A stretch of 64,000 bases of DNA, from positions 21,044 through 85,043 of the IMG/VR virus record IMGVR_UViG_3300028591_000158. One strand, written 5' to 3'. A model generated the notes under the pieces. The model saw only the letters and a list, made by a program, of their open reading frames with translations, had not been told where the DNA came from and ran no database searches. The translations under genes were made by a program, and so were the position numbers. The DNA comes from a virus. Its lineage: Duplodnaviria; Caudoviricetes. Shown here piece after piece: positions 12,733 to 21,662 of this stretch (position 1 is its first letter; every line of letters starts with the position of its first letter).

Positions 12733-13891
12733 AGATTTTGATATATTCTTAATCACAAAAGATAATTGAAAAAGTCAAGATGAAGTTTTTTATGGCTATA
12801 AGACTTTAGATGACAATGGGCTTTGATTAAAAGTATTTTGAGAGGATAGTTGCTTATTAATTAAGGGCAGTTATATTCAGCCTTATATTAGTATTTATCA
12901 ATCAGATGATTACTGGGCTATTTCTAATAATTTTTATTGTTTAGAACAACATTTAATTAGTAAGAATATTAAGCTTACTAAAAATAAAGCATTTGAAGAA
13001 TGGGACAAAGATTCTTTTAGGTTCTGTATTCAAGCAAGTCCAACAGAAACTTTATATAATGAAATTAAATTTAATGATAATTTTTCTTATTTAAAAATAT
13101 TAGATGGTAATTTAGAAATTATAAACTTGGAAATAGATTGCTTTACAAAACCTTTAGAGGATTCAAAAGAAGATTTATTAAATTGATATAAAAAATATTA
13201 TGATTATTTGCATACTTTACCCGAAGGTACTGTATCAGCCCAACTATCTGGCGGATTTGATTCAAGAATATTACTACCATTGTATGAAGATATAAATGGA
13301 GTCAGTATAAACGCACAGTGGAATAAAGAAGATGATGATAGTTATCGTGATGGATTAGCCGCAAGATTATATATTGCAAAAAAATATCCGCACTTATTTG
13401 ATAATTTACTTTCAAAAGAAGATAAAACTTGAGTTGCTAATAATGATAAGGCTAAACAAGAAAATGCAAAATTAATAACGCAATTTATCACTTATGGTTC
13501 ATATCCTATAAAAGGTGAGCTAGACTTATCAAATATGATGCCTTGTAAATCAACTAGTGGTAAAATAAGCTTAGCTGGAATGTCTCTTGAATTACATAAA
13601 AATAATCTAGCTAATAGCGTGCAAGAAATTGAAACAACTACAAGAAGATATTTTGTAAATAGATATTTAATTAGATATTATAGATCAAAACAAAGAGTAG
13701 TATGTCCTTTTCAAGATAAGGAATTATTAAAGATTAAAGGTTGTCGTGATTTAACATTTGTTTATATATTATTAGGATTATTTAATATTAACGATGAAAA
13801 ATTACCATATTATACTTATTTAAATAGTAAACCAGTTTTAAAGTTTGTTTCAAATGAAGAGATAGAAGAGGCGTTATCTTTATTAAAATAA
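12722..13891 (+). CDS. Asparagine-synthetase-like ATP pyrophosphatase, paralog 3
   Basis: LSGGFDSR PP-loop. Joins track ORFs 13208 and 13535 through TGA. Same N-terminal motif as paralogs 1 and 2. Confidence 0.7.
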
Positions 13892-13920
13892 AAGAGGTTA
13901 AAAATAACACCTCTTTTTTA
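13891..13920 (+). terminator. Rho-independent terminator closing the modification island
   Basis: AAAGAGGT...ACCTCTTT stem followed by a T-tract. Confidence 0.75.
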
Positions 13921-13921
13921 T

Positions 13922-13929
13922 TGTATATT
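13922..13929 (+). promoter_or_regulatory. Sigma70-like -10 class TGTATA(A/T)T, representative copy
   Basis: Same or near-identical octamer at 14132, 15097, 22314, 26149, 29847, 30782, 32622, 38541, 42923, 44614 and 54677. Each is shortly upstream of a gene start, often just after a terminator. Confidence 0.65.
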
Positions 13930-13956
13930 TAATATAATATTTTAGGGGGATCTACT

Positions 13957-14112
13957 ATGGAAAAAGAATCAGTGCTTGGTGTTGAAGAATTGTTAAATTT
14001 TTTAGAAAATAAGCCAGAAGAATTTAAAGCTATTTGGTTAAAATATTTAGAAGATACTGCTTATGAATATAATGATGAAGTAATAGAATTAATGGCAAGT
14101 AAATTAAATTAA
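13957..14112 (+). CDS. Hypothetical protein, 51 aa
   Basis: RBS GGGGGA, ATG, open to TAA. Confidence 0.6.
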   Translation: MEKESVLGVEELLNFLENKPEEFKAIWLKYLEDTAYEYNDEVIELMASKLN

Positions 14113-14160
14113 ACTTTTCAATATATTTAATTGTATAATTAAAGAAAGGTAGTGTTAATT

Positions 14161-14361
14161 GTGACTAAAAGAGAATTTAATCAAATTAGAGAATTAATAG
14201 TAAATATATGTAATGATCAAAATTTAGATGGCTTGTGCTACTATTATGGAATTACAAAAGCTGATTTTTATGAATTTGTTGATGAGCTTGCTTTAATTGG
14301 ATTTAAAGAAAAGTATAATCAGCACAATCATAAAGAGCACAATAAAAATATAGGTGAGTAA
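14161..14361 (+). CDS. Hypothetical protein
   Basis: RBS GAAAGGT 10 nt before GTG. Confidence 0.6.
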   Translation: MTKREFNQIRELIVNICNDQNLDGLCYYYGITKADFYEFVDELALIGFKEKYNQHNHKEHNKNIGE

Positions 14362-14363
14362 TA

Positions 14364-14828
14364 ATGGAAAATAAGATTGGTTTTTGGGGTATTACTGATA
14401 CCTATGGTTGCTTTAGTAATTTTTATCCGTGTAAATTTAAGTGCTTTAATGATTTAGAATTTAATTGTACTGAGCAAGCTTTTATGTATGCTAAGGCAAT
14501 AACTTTTAATGATATTGAAATAGCAAACAAAATTTTAGCAGAGTCAGATCCTAAGAAGATTAAAGCTTTAGGTAGACAAGTTAAAAATTTTAATGATGAT
14601 ATTTGGAATGACTTGAGATTTATGTATATGCGTTTAGTTAATTATAGTAAATTTAGTCAGAATATAGAACTTTTAAATAAATTAGTTAGTACTGGATCTG
14701 CTTATTTATTTGAAGCATCACCTTATGACTCAATTTGGGGTATTGGTAAATTTGGAGATGGTCAAAATTTATTAGGACAAGTACTAATGCAGATTAGAGA
14801 AGATTTTATTTTAATGAGGAAAAAGTAA
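14364..14828 (+). CDS. NADAR family protein (YbiA-like)
   Basis: FSNFYP, TEQAFMYAKA, PKKIKALGRQVKNF, KFSQN, EASPYDSIWGIG, GQNLLGQVLMQIR. Confidence 0.93.
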   Translation: MENKIGFWGITDTYGCFSNFYPCKFKCFNDLEFNCTEQAFMYAKAITFNDIEIANKILAESDPKKIKALGRQVKNFNDDIWNDLRFMYMRLVNYSKFSQNIELLNKLVSTGSAYLFEASPYDSIWGIGKFGDGQNLLGQVLMQIREDFILMRKK

Positions 14829-15088
14829 TGGAAAATTATGAATTAACAGACAAATTTAAAGAAATGGGTTATACTGTTCAAGCACCAGGTAAGGATAAAA
14901 CTTATTATTTAGTTAGACAAACTAATAAAGGTACTGAACAAATTTATATTAAGTTAACAAAGAAAACTGCTGAAGTAGAGTATTTTTTTAATAATAAAAA
15001 AGCACAAATAGGCAAGAAATTAGCTCATACATTTAAAGACTTATTATTGGTTTATTATCAAGATATTGTTGAATGCAATTTTATTTAA
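14828..15088 (+). CDS. Hypothetical protein
   Basis: Coupled ORF (TAATG overlap). Confidence 0.65.
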   Translation: MENYELTDKFKEMGYTVQAPGKDKTYYLVRQTNKGTEQIYIKLTKKTAEVEYFFNNKKAQIGKKLAHTFKDLLLVYYQDIVECNFI

Positions 15089-15109
15089 AAAATTATTGTA
15101 TAATATAAT

Positions 15110-15238
15110 GCCTATAGAGCACAGTGACGATTCTAAAGTACCACGCTCGAGTTACTGTGTTTTGGGATGTGCAAACAACTAGTGGTAGGCTGATGGCACT
15201 TAAAGCAGCGAGGTGCACTAGCTGCTTTCTTTTTATTT
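15110..15238 (+). ncRNA. Candidate structured ncRNA or riboswitch-like leader ending in a terminator
   Basis: GC-enriched intergenic stretch right after a TGTATAAT box. Stems GCCTAT/GTAGGC, GCACAGTGAC/GTTACTGTGT, and terminator AAAGCAGC/GCTGCTTT plus T-tract. Confidence 0.6.
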
Positions 15239-15254
15239 GGAGGTCACTGATAGT

Positions 15255-15755
15255 ATGAATATTAAAGGATTAATTGAACAAAGAAGAAAAGCAAAAGAAA
15301 ATAAAAAATTAATTAAAGAATATCCATTTTTATTACCTAGAAATAGATGGACAGGCGATGTAGCTAAAGATTATGATTATTCATATACTGAGTTAGATGC
15401 AATGCCAACTGGTTGGAGAAATGCTTTTGGTTTAGCTATGTGTCAAGAAATTAAAGACGAGCTTGTAAAATATAATTATTTAAATGATTATAGAATTGTT
15501 CAAATTAAAGAAAAGTATGGATCTTTAAGATGGTATGATGCTGGGCATCCTGCAGGTTCAAATATTCAAAAAATTATAGATAAATATGAAAAAATGTCTG
15601 AAGATATTTGTATAAATTGTGGTAAGCCTTCAAAATATTACACTAAAGGTTGGATTACTTTTATCTGTGAAGATTGTAAGAATATCTGGGTAAAAGAAGA
15701 GCAAGTCAATGAAGATATGTTTGTAAAATTGGGGGATTTAAGAGAAAATGAATAG
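15255..15755 (+). CDS. Conserved phage hypothetical protein
   Basis: RBS GGAGGT. QIKEKYGSLRWY and C..CG..C..C motifs typical of a widespread phage family. Confidence 0.7.
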   Translation: MNIKGLIEQRRKAKENKKLIKEYPFLLPRNRWTGDVAKDYDYSYTELDAMPTGWRNAFGLAMCQEIKDELVKYNYLNDYRIVQIKEKYGSLRWYDAGHPAGSNIQKIIDKYEKMSEDICINCGKPSKYYTKGWITFICEDCKNIWVKEEQVNEDMFVKLGDLRENE

Positions 15756-15921
15756 TATTATTAAGTTTTTTATACTCTTATTAGATACCGATTTTAATAA
15801 TATTGATAGTCTTTTAATGTTAAAGGATATTGCATATAATTACTGGGAACAAGGTAATTTAACTGATTCTGAACATTGTGATATTGAAGCATTATTAGAT
15901 GAACACTTATCTAAATTTTAA
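15748..15921 (+). CDS. Hypothetical protein
   Basis: Overlapping ATG, open to TAA 15919-15921. Confidence 0.5.
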   Translation: MNSIIKFFILLLDTDFNNIDSLLMLKDIAYNYWEQGNLTDSEHCDIEALLDEHLSKF

Positions 15922-15938
15922 TAGAGAGGTAGCTTAAG

Positions 15939-16913
15939 ATGTCAAAATATTTTGTAATTAGTGACTTACATAGTGGCTATACACCCATGATGTATGCTCT
16001 TAATAAAGTTAAATTTGAACCAGATAATCCAGAACACACCTTAATTGTTTGTGGTGATGTTTTTGATAGACTTAATGAAACATTAGAAGTATATAATTTC
16101 TTAAAATCAATCCCAAAAGAAAGATGCATCTTAATTAGAGGAAATCATGAGGAATTATATTTAAAATTATTAGATAAAAAATATCCAGAATCTCATGATT
16201 TTTCTAATGGAACTGTATTAACATTTTGTCAAATAGCTGGTTATGAAGCAGATACAGCTTATGATTTGAGAGCTGGTTATCATATTAGTTATGGTACTTA
16301 TTGGGATAACGAAGTAATAGACCCTAAGTGTGAAAATATCTGGAATGATATCAAGAAAAAAGTTAAGGAATCAGAGGTAACAAAATGGTTGCAGTCAGAT
16401 CAGTGGATAAATTATTATGAGCTAGATAAATATATATTTGTTCACTCATTTATTCCTCTTGTATATAATGGTGAAAGAGGTTTTGATGAAGATTATTGCA
16501 TCTATTATGGTTGGACTCAATACTTTAAAGAAAGACCTGACTGGCGAGAAGCTAATGATTTAGAATGGGCTGGAGCAACTTGGGGTTGTGCCTATAAATT
16601 CTTTGATGCTGGTTTATTTGATCAAGAGAAAGAAAAAGGTAAAGTACTAGTTTGTGGACATTATAGATGTTCTGAATTTAATCAACATTACCTTAATTTA
16701 GAAACTCATGATATTTATTATGGAGAAAATTTAATTGCAATAGATGCAACAACCGCATTATCAAATCAAGTCAATGTATTGGTTATTGATGGTGATAAAT
16801 GTTATGATCAAAATGGTTTGTTAGAATATAAGAAACCTTGTCCTATCATTGAGACAGTTACTTTAGATAAAGATGAATATGAAAAATATACTAACGATGT
16901 AACAAATTCTTAA
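15939..16913 (+). CDS. Calcineurin-like metallophosphoesterase (Ser/Thr phosphatase type)
   Basis: SDLH, CGDVFDR, RGNHE, FVHS, VCGH, IDA motifs. Confidence 0.9.
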   Translation: MSKYFVISDLHSGYTPMMYALNKVKFEPDNPEHTLIVCGDVFDRLNETLEVYNFLKSIPKERCILIRGNHEELYLKLLDKKYPESHDFSNGTVLTFCQIAGYEADTAYDLRAGYHISYGTYWDNEVIDPKCENIWNDIKKKVKESEVTKWLQSDQWINYYELDKYIFVHSFIPLVYNGERGFDEDYCIYYGWTQYFKERPDWREANDLEWAGATWGCAYKFFDAGLFDQEKEKGKVLVCGHYRCSEFNQHYLNLETHDIYYGENLIAIDATTALSNQVNVLVIDGDKCYDQNGLLEYKKPCPIIETVTLDKDEYEKYTNDVTNS

Positions 16914-16935
16914 AAATAAAGGGGTGGTTTTACTA

Positions 16936-17820
16936 ATGAAAATATTTAATGAAAATTTAGAAAGAATTACAATATTACATATGGCAGGTAAAACCACTAT
17001 GCCTGAATTTAAAACAATTATTGAAGGTCAAAAAAAGAATTTAATAATTAAAGATGATAGTATATCAATAATTATTATTGCAACTAAAAATTATATTAAA
17101 GATTCACCTGTCATTAATCAATTAAAATTTAATAATATTAGATATTATAATGGAGCACAAGAGCTTGATGAAGAAGGTTGGAGTAATTCAATGAAAATTG
17201 ATCTTATTTTAAATAATTTAAAAAAGATTAAAACTGAATATACTTTAATTCTTGATGCTCGTGATGTTCTTATATGTGATCATTTAAATAAAACTTTTAT
17301 AAATAAATTTAAAAAGTTAAACACTAAAATTTTATTTAATGCTTCAAGTTCAAGATATCCAAGTTGGATTAATATTAAAGCTGTTGATACAAAATATAAA
17401 AATAATTTACAAAGTAAGCCGTTTTTAAATGCAGGTGTTTGTTTTGGTGAAACAAAAGCACTACATGCTATGTATCAAGCTGCAAGTGAGATTAGTAAAA
17501 AATATAGCCAGTTAAATAAATCTGAGCAATTCATATTAAAGCTTGCAATATCTGCTAATAATTTAACTTCTGTGGTAAGTCTAGATAATGAAGATAAATT
17601 ATTTAAGTGTGTGCATCAATCAATAGATAAGCCTGATTTTTTAGTAATTAGAGAGTCCGGTAATTATGTTATTAAAAATATTAGAAATTATCAGTATAAG
17701 ACTTCTAGATATAAGAAAAAAATAAAATTAAAAATAGAAAAAGCAAAATTAATTTTATATCCTAATAGTAAAGGTCATGAGGAAGAGGTTAAAACCTTTA
17801 TTGACAAAATAAGAAAGTAG
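16936..17820 (+). CDS. PLOD-type glycosyltransferase domain protein
   Basis: LILDARDV, LFNA, FLNAGVCFG, SEQ match the lysyl-hydroxylase GT-domain pattern (FTD.YDV, F.AE, YLNSG...G, DDQ). Confidence 0.6.
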   Translation: MKIFNENLERITILHMAGKTTMPEFKTIIEGQKKNLIIKDDSISIIIIATKNYIKDSPVINQLKFNNIRYYNGAQELDEEGWSNSMKIDLILNNLKKIKTEYTLILDARDVLICDHLNKTFINKFKKLNTKILFNASSSRYPSWINIKAVDTKYKNNLQSKPFLNAGVCFGETKALHAMYQAASEISKKYSQLNKSEQFILKLAISANNLTSVVSLDNEDKLFKCVHQSIDKPDFLVIRESGNYVIKNIRNYQYKTSRYKKKIKLKIEKAKLILYPNSKGHEEEVKTFIDKIRK

Positions 17821-17830
17821 GTAAATTTAT

Positions 17831-18631
17831 ATGTTTCATAAGCATCCAATAAGAAAATTTTTTAGACATTTATTTAGAACAGCTTGGTGGCAACCAAATA
17901 GGCAATCAAGAAAAATGTTAAAAGAAGAAGCAAAAAAATTAATTGGCTATGATAGATCCATAAATGAAACTTGGGCTAAGTCTTGGAAATATTTTATTAA
18001 AAGACAATATCCATGGCAAGGAATTATAGAATTAAATCAGTATAAATTAATTGAAATGCGTGATTATATGCAAAATCATAGCTGGGCAGAGAAAGAATAT
18101 CTTAATAACCAAATTAAGGAAATGACTGAAGCAATTGATTTAGGTAACAAAATTTTAAAAGATGATTATGAAAAAGCTCCTTTTGACTGAAGTCGTGAAA
18201 ATTCAGTTAATATTACTTATGTTTATCAAAAATTAGGTTATCAAACACTAGATGCAGAACAATTGTCTGCTGATGGACCAATGTCAAAAATAAAAATAGC
18301 TAAGCAAGGTAAACTACTAGCTACTTTATATAATCAAGATCTTTTTAATGAAATTATAGGTGATTTTAGAGATGAAGAATTATCTATAGCCAAAAAAGAA
18401 TTTTTAAAGGATAAGGAAACAAAATCAGTTGAACAATGGCTAAAAGACAATAACTTAACTAGAAAAGATATTACCTGTGCTTATAGTCATGTTTGGATAA
18501 ATGATAAATCTGATGACGAAAACACAACATATCTTTCAAAATTATTAGAGGAAGCTAAACAAGCTAGACAAGCTGATATAGATAAATATTTTGAACATAT
18601 TGCAAAGCATGCTGATAGCTGGGGTGACTAA
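17831..18631 (+). CDS. Hypothetical protein
   Basis: Track ORFs 17831 and 18263 are one frame joined by TGA 18188-18190. Confidence 0.75.
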
Positions 18632-18633
18632 TT

Positions 18634-18665
18634 AAAATAGCTATATTTTGTAGCTATTTTTTTTA
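18634..18665 (+). terminator. Rho-independent terminator
   Basis: AAAATAGCTA/TAGCTATTTT perfect stem plus T-tract. Confidence 0.75.
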
Positions 18666-18677
18666 TTTGCTAAATTA
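18666..18677 (+). promoter_or_regulatory. Phage-specific motif TTTGCTAAATTA, representative copy (putative late promoter)
   Basis: Full or core (GCTAAATTA) intergenic copies at 18666, 19241, 20276, 25433, 26104, 52867, 54178, 61325 and 63948. Confidence 0.65.
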
Positions 18678-18708
18678 TTTATATTAAAGTAGGAGGTAAA
18701 TAAGTTTT

Positions 18709-19236
18709 ATGGAACAATTAAAACCTAGATATGAACATACTAAATTTGGTAATTTTATGTTTAAGCTATGTGCAAAGTGATCTCAATTTGTAATTAAACA
18801 TAGATGGTTATATTATTTAGTCTTATTTACTTGAGGTTTACCTATTGTATTATTTGGTTTATTAGTATCATTTGGACTTCTTATTGCCAAAATATTTAAT
18901 CATAAAATAAAATTTTTTAAATTTGGCTGGATCTATGGAATTAAAATAGGTGCTGATTACTGAGGCGGATTTAGCGCGGGCATTACATTTTTAAGAGATC
19001 AGAAGTCCAATGATAGATTAAGTATGCATGAATTTGGTCATACTTTCCAATTAATTTTAGGTATATTTGCTTTATTTTTAATATATATACCATCAATATA
19101 TAGATATTGAATAAGAACTATTAAACCAAATAAAAAATTCAAACCATATGACAGTTTCTGGGGAGAGGACTCAGCTTCTGTGTGTGGTGAATTTGCAGCC
19201 AAGTATATTAATAATAAAAAATTAAAAAATAGTTAG
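18709..19236 (+). CDS. Membrane protein with HExxH zinc-peptidase-like motif
   Basis: Missed by the code-11 track because of internal TGA. RBS AGGAGGT, hydrophobic segments, MHEFGHTFQ, downstream WGEDSA. Confidence 0.7.
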
Positions 19237-19302
19237 TAAATTTGCTAAATTAAATAGTTTGGCAAATGACAAATAAAAATTTTAAAGTTAGGAGACTATC
19301 CA

Positions 19303-19866
19303 ATGGAATGGTATCAATGGGTTATGATGTTTGGTGGTACAGCTTTGGTTGGCCTTATTATTGCAGATATTTATATCTTTTTTAAATCGAGAAGCAAAAA
19401 AGCTATTGAAAAACACAGACATGCAAAAGAACAAGATGAGCGTGCACTAATTGCTGATGTTGTTAAAGAAGTAATGGCACCTTCATGTTCTAATTTAGAG
19501 TCAATTAAAACTGAAGTAATTAATGTTAAAACTGATTTAGAAGAATTAAAACCTATTAAAGCTGATGTTCTTGCTGTTAAAACTGAAATCTTGGCAGTTA
19601 AAAAAGAAGTTACTACAATTAAAAAAGAAGATATTAAATTATTGGCTGCTGCTAATAGAGACAGTTTAAGAAATCAATTATTAACTGTATTTAGAGAATG
19701 CCAAGCAAAAGGTTATAAGACTACTGAAGATATAAGAAATTTTGAATACATGTTTGATTCTTATAAAGCATTAGGTGGAAATAGCTTTATGATAGATATT
19801 GCAAAACAAATGGAACATATACCTCCAAAAGTTGAAGGTATTACAATTATTACAGATAAAGAATAA
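19303..19866 (+). CDS. Single-TM coiled-coil protein of phage lysis-cassette type
   Basis: N-terminal TM. C-terminal LRNQLL..F.....KGY...YKALGGN pattern common next to holins. Confidence 0.55.
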   Translation: MEWYQWVMMFGGTALVGLIIADIYIFFKSRSKKAIEKHRHAKEQDERALIADVVKEVMAPSCSNLESIKTEVINVKTDLEELKPIKADVLAVKTEILAVKKEVTTIKKEDIKLLAAANRDSLRNQLLTVFRECQAKGYKTTEDIRNFEYMFDSYKALGGNSFMIDIAKQMEHIPPKVEGITIITDKE

Positions 19867-19883
19867 GAAAGGATATATAAATT

Positions 19884-20225
19884 ATGGATTGGATTACAAA
19901 TGGTACAGCTATAATATCATTAATTACTGGTTTAATTGGATTAATTACAGCAGGTGTTACTGCATTTATTGCAATTAAAAAAGTTATTAAAGCTAATAAA
20001 GGAAAATCATTAAAAGAAATTTGAGCTTTAATTATGAAAATTGCAGATGCTGCTATGGTTGAAGCTGAGAAATCTCAATTAAGTGGTAAAGGTAAAAAAG
20101 AAATGGTTATGGCAGCAGTTGATGCTGGTGCTAAAGAAGCTGGAATTGAAATAACACCATTCTTAGACCAATTATCTGCTTATATTGATCAGTCAATTAA
20201 GTTTGTAAATGATATGAATAAGTAG
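19884..20225 (+). CDS. Holin-like protein (LL-H type)
   Basis: One long N-terminal TM, then AAMVEAEKS..SGKGKKEMV..AV. One internal TGA. Confidence 0.6.
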
Positions 20226-20230
20226 TTTTT

Positions 20231-20260
20231 AAAAAGTCATCTTTTGGTGACTTTTTTATT
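20231..20260 (+). terminator. Rho-independent terminator
   Basis: AAAAAGTCA...TGACTTTTT stem plus T-tract. Confidence 0.7.
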
Positions 20261-20318
20261 TTACCCCTAGTTTTCTGCTAAATTATATAGCAAAATAAAA
20301 ATCATGGAGGCTTTAGCT

Positions 20319-20783
20319 ATGCGTGACATGTTTTATAATTATGATAATAATATTCCAAATAACTCATGTAATAACTATCCTGACATTTATAAATATAAAA
20401 AGGCACCAAAGACTTTCAATACATTCCACGGTGCTAAAATGTTAAGAGACAAAGCAGGTAAATTTTTAGGTATTGAAGCCACAAGAAATTCTACTGTTAG
20501 ATTGTTTTTTTCATTTGAAGGACTTTCTGACCCAGAAGAAGTTCAAAATTTACTAGAAAATAATTTAGTTCGTTTTGATGTTTTAGATACAAATCACAAT
20601 ATATTACTTGAATGTGATGTTGAAGTTTTTTCACTTTATGATATGGTTAGTATAGAGCTAATATTAAGTGAAGAAAGTAAATTGGTTGGTGGTAATGTAT
20701 ATAAAATGCATTTATATACAATTATAGATGGTGTAACTTATGACTTATTTTCTGAAAACGATGGATTATTATATGTAAAGTAA
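20319..20783 (+). CDS. Hypothetical, beta-rich probable virion protein
   Basis: RBS GGAGG. Follows a GCTAAATTA motif. Confidence 0.6.
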   Translation: MRDMFYNYDNNIPNNSCNNYPDIYKYKKAPKTFNTFHGAKMLRDKAGKFLGIEATRNSTVRLFFSFEGLSDPEEVQNLLENNLVRFDVLDTNHNILLECDVEVFSLYDMVSIELILSEESKLVGGNVYKMHLYTIIDGVTYDLFSENDGLLYVK

Positions 20784-20796
20784 GGAGAATAAGCAA

Positions 20797-21291
20797 ATGA
20801 GAAATTTTAAAATAATTACAACTTTAAATATCGTTCCAACTAAAAAATTAACTAAATATTGGTATAAAGTTACTAGAGGTACTAGTACTAATTTTATGTT
20901 TGATTTAGTTGATAGAGCTTATAATTTCGAAGATATAGTACAATTATCTTATAGATTTGTTAGTAAAACTGGACAAATGATTCATTATGATATGTATATT
21001 TATAATTATTTAAAAGATGGTACTATTGAAGCTATCTTTAATGATGAATATTTTGAGCATGTTAAAGGTTATTCTACTGATTTAGAGCAAGAAATACCTT
21101 ATGAGTATGTTAATTTAAAGCTAACAGGTAATGATACTAATGAATTCTGGCTTGCTAATAAAGATAATCCATTAAACTTTGAAGTAGCTGTTACTATAAA
21201 TAATAATGTAAATAAAGATACTGAAAATAACTATACATATATTGAAAAACAATTGCCAGTTATTGTATTAGATAGCAGAGGAGTGAATTAG
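20797..21291 (+). CDS. Hypothetical, probable virion protein
   Basis: Intact ORF. Ig-like VTRGTSTNF pattern similar to the next gene. Confidence 0.55.
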   Translation: MRNFKIITTLNIVPTKKLTKYWYKVTRGTSTNFMFDLVDRAYNFEDIVQLSYRFVSKTGQMIHYDMYIYNYLKDGTIEAIFNDEYFEHVKGYSTDLEQEIPYEYVNLKLTGNDTNEFWLANKDNPLNFEVAVTINNNVNKDTENNYTYIEKQLPVIVLDSRGVN

Positions 21292-21292
21292 T

Positions 21293-21643
21293 ATGTCAAA
21301 AATAATAAGACTTTATAGAGGTGATACTTTTAATTTTGTTTTAAATATTGATGATGAAAGTACTCTTGAACATTATTATGTTTTAAGAAAAAATGATTTA
21401 GTTTATTTAGGTGTCACACTTCCTCATCAACCATTTGAAGATGCTATCATTAAAAAAGTATTAACAGCTGCAGATTGTGATTCTTCTGGAAATATCATAG
21501 TTACTTTTGAACCAAAAGATACAGTAAATATTATGCCAGGTGTTTACTATTACTCTGTTAAATTAAGAAAATCAATTGATGACAAGCGTAAAGAAGAAGT
21601 AATAACAGTAATACCAAAAACAAAATTTGTTATACTTGATTAA
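21293..21643 (+). CDS. BppU-like Ig-fold baseplate or tail accessory protein
   Basis: LYRGDTFNFVL ... PGVYYYSVKL pattern. Confidence 0.5.
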   Translation: MSKIIRLYRGDTFNFVLNIDDESTLEHYYVLRKNDLVYLGVTLPHQPFEDAIIKKVLTAADCDSSGNIIVTFEPKDTVNIMPGVYYYSVKLRKSIDDKRKEEVITVIPKTKFVILD

Positions 21644-21662
21644 TTAGAGAGGTATAGGTAGA

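Noticed and set aside
1-13891. Reading the many TGA-interrupted ORFs as pseudogenes
   Set aside because: Interruptions are almost all TGA, in frame, and at Trp positions. Frames stay open across them.
15110-15238. tRNA, hammerhead, HDV/theta, pistol ribozyme, or THF/ZTP/fluoride riboswitch identity for the structured RNA
   Set aside because: Only short partial resemblances (CTGATG, CCACG, GGGATG). The required cloverleaf, GAAA core, nested pseudoknot order or pairing partners are missing.
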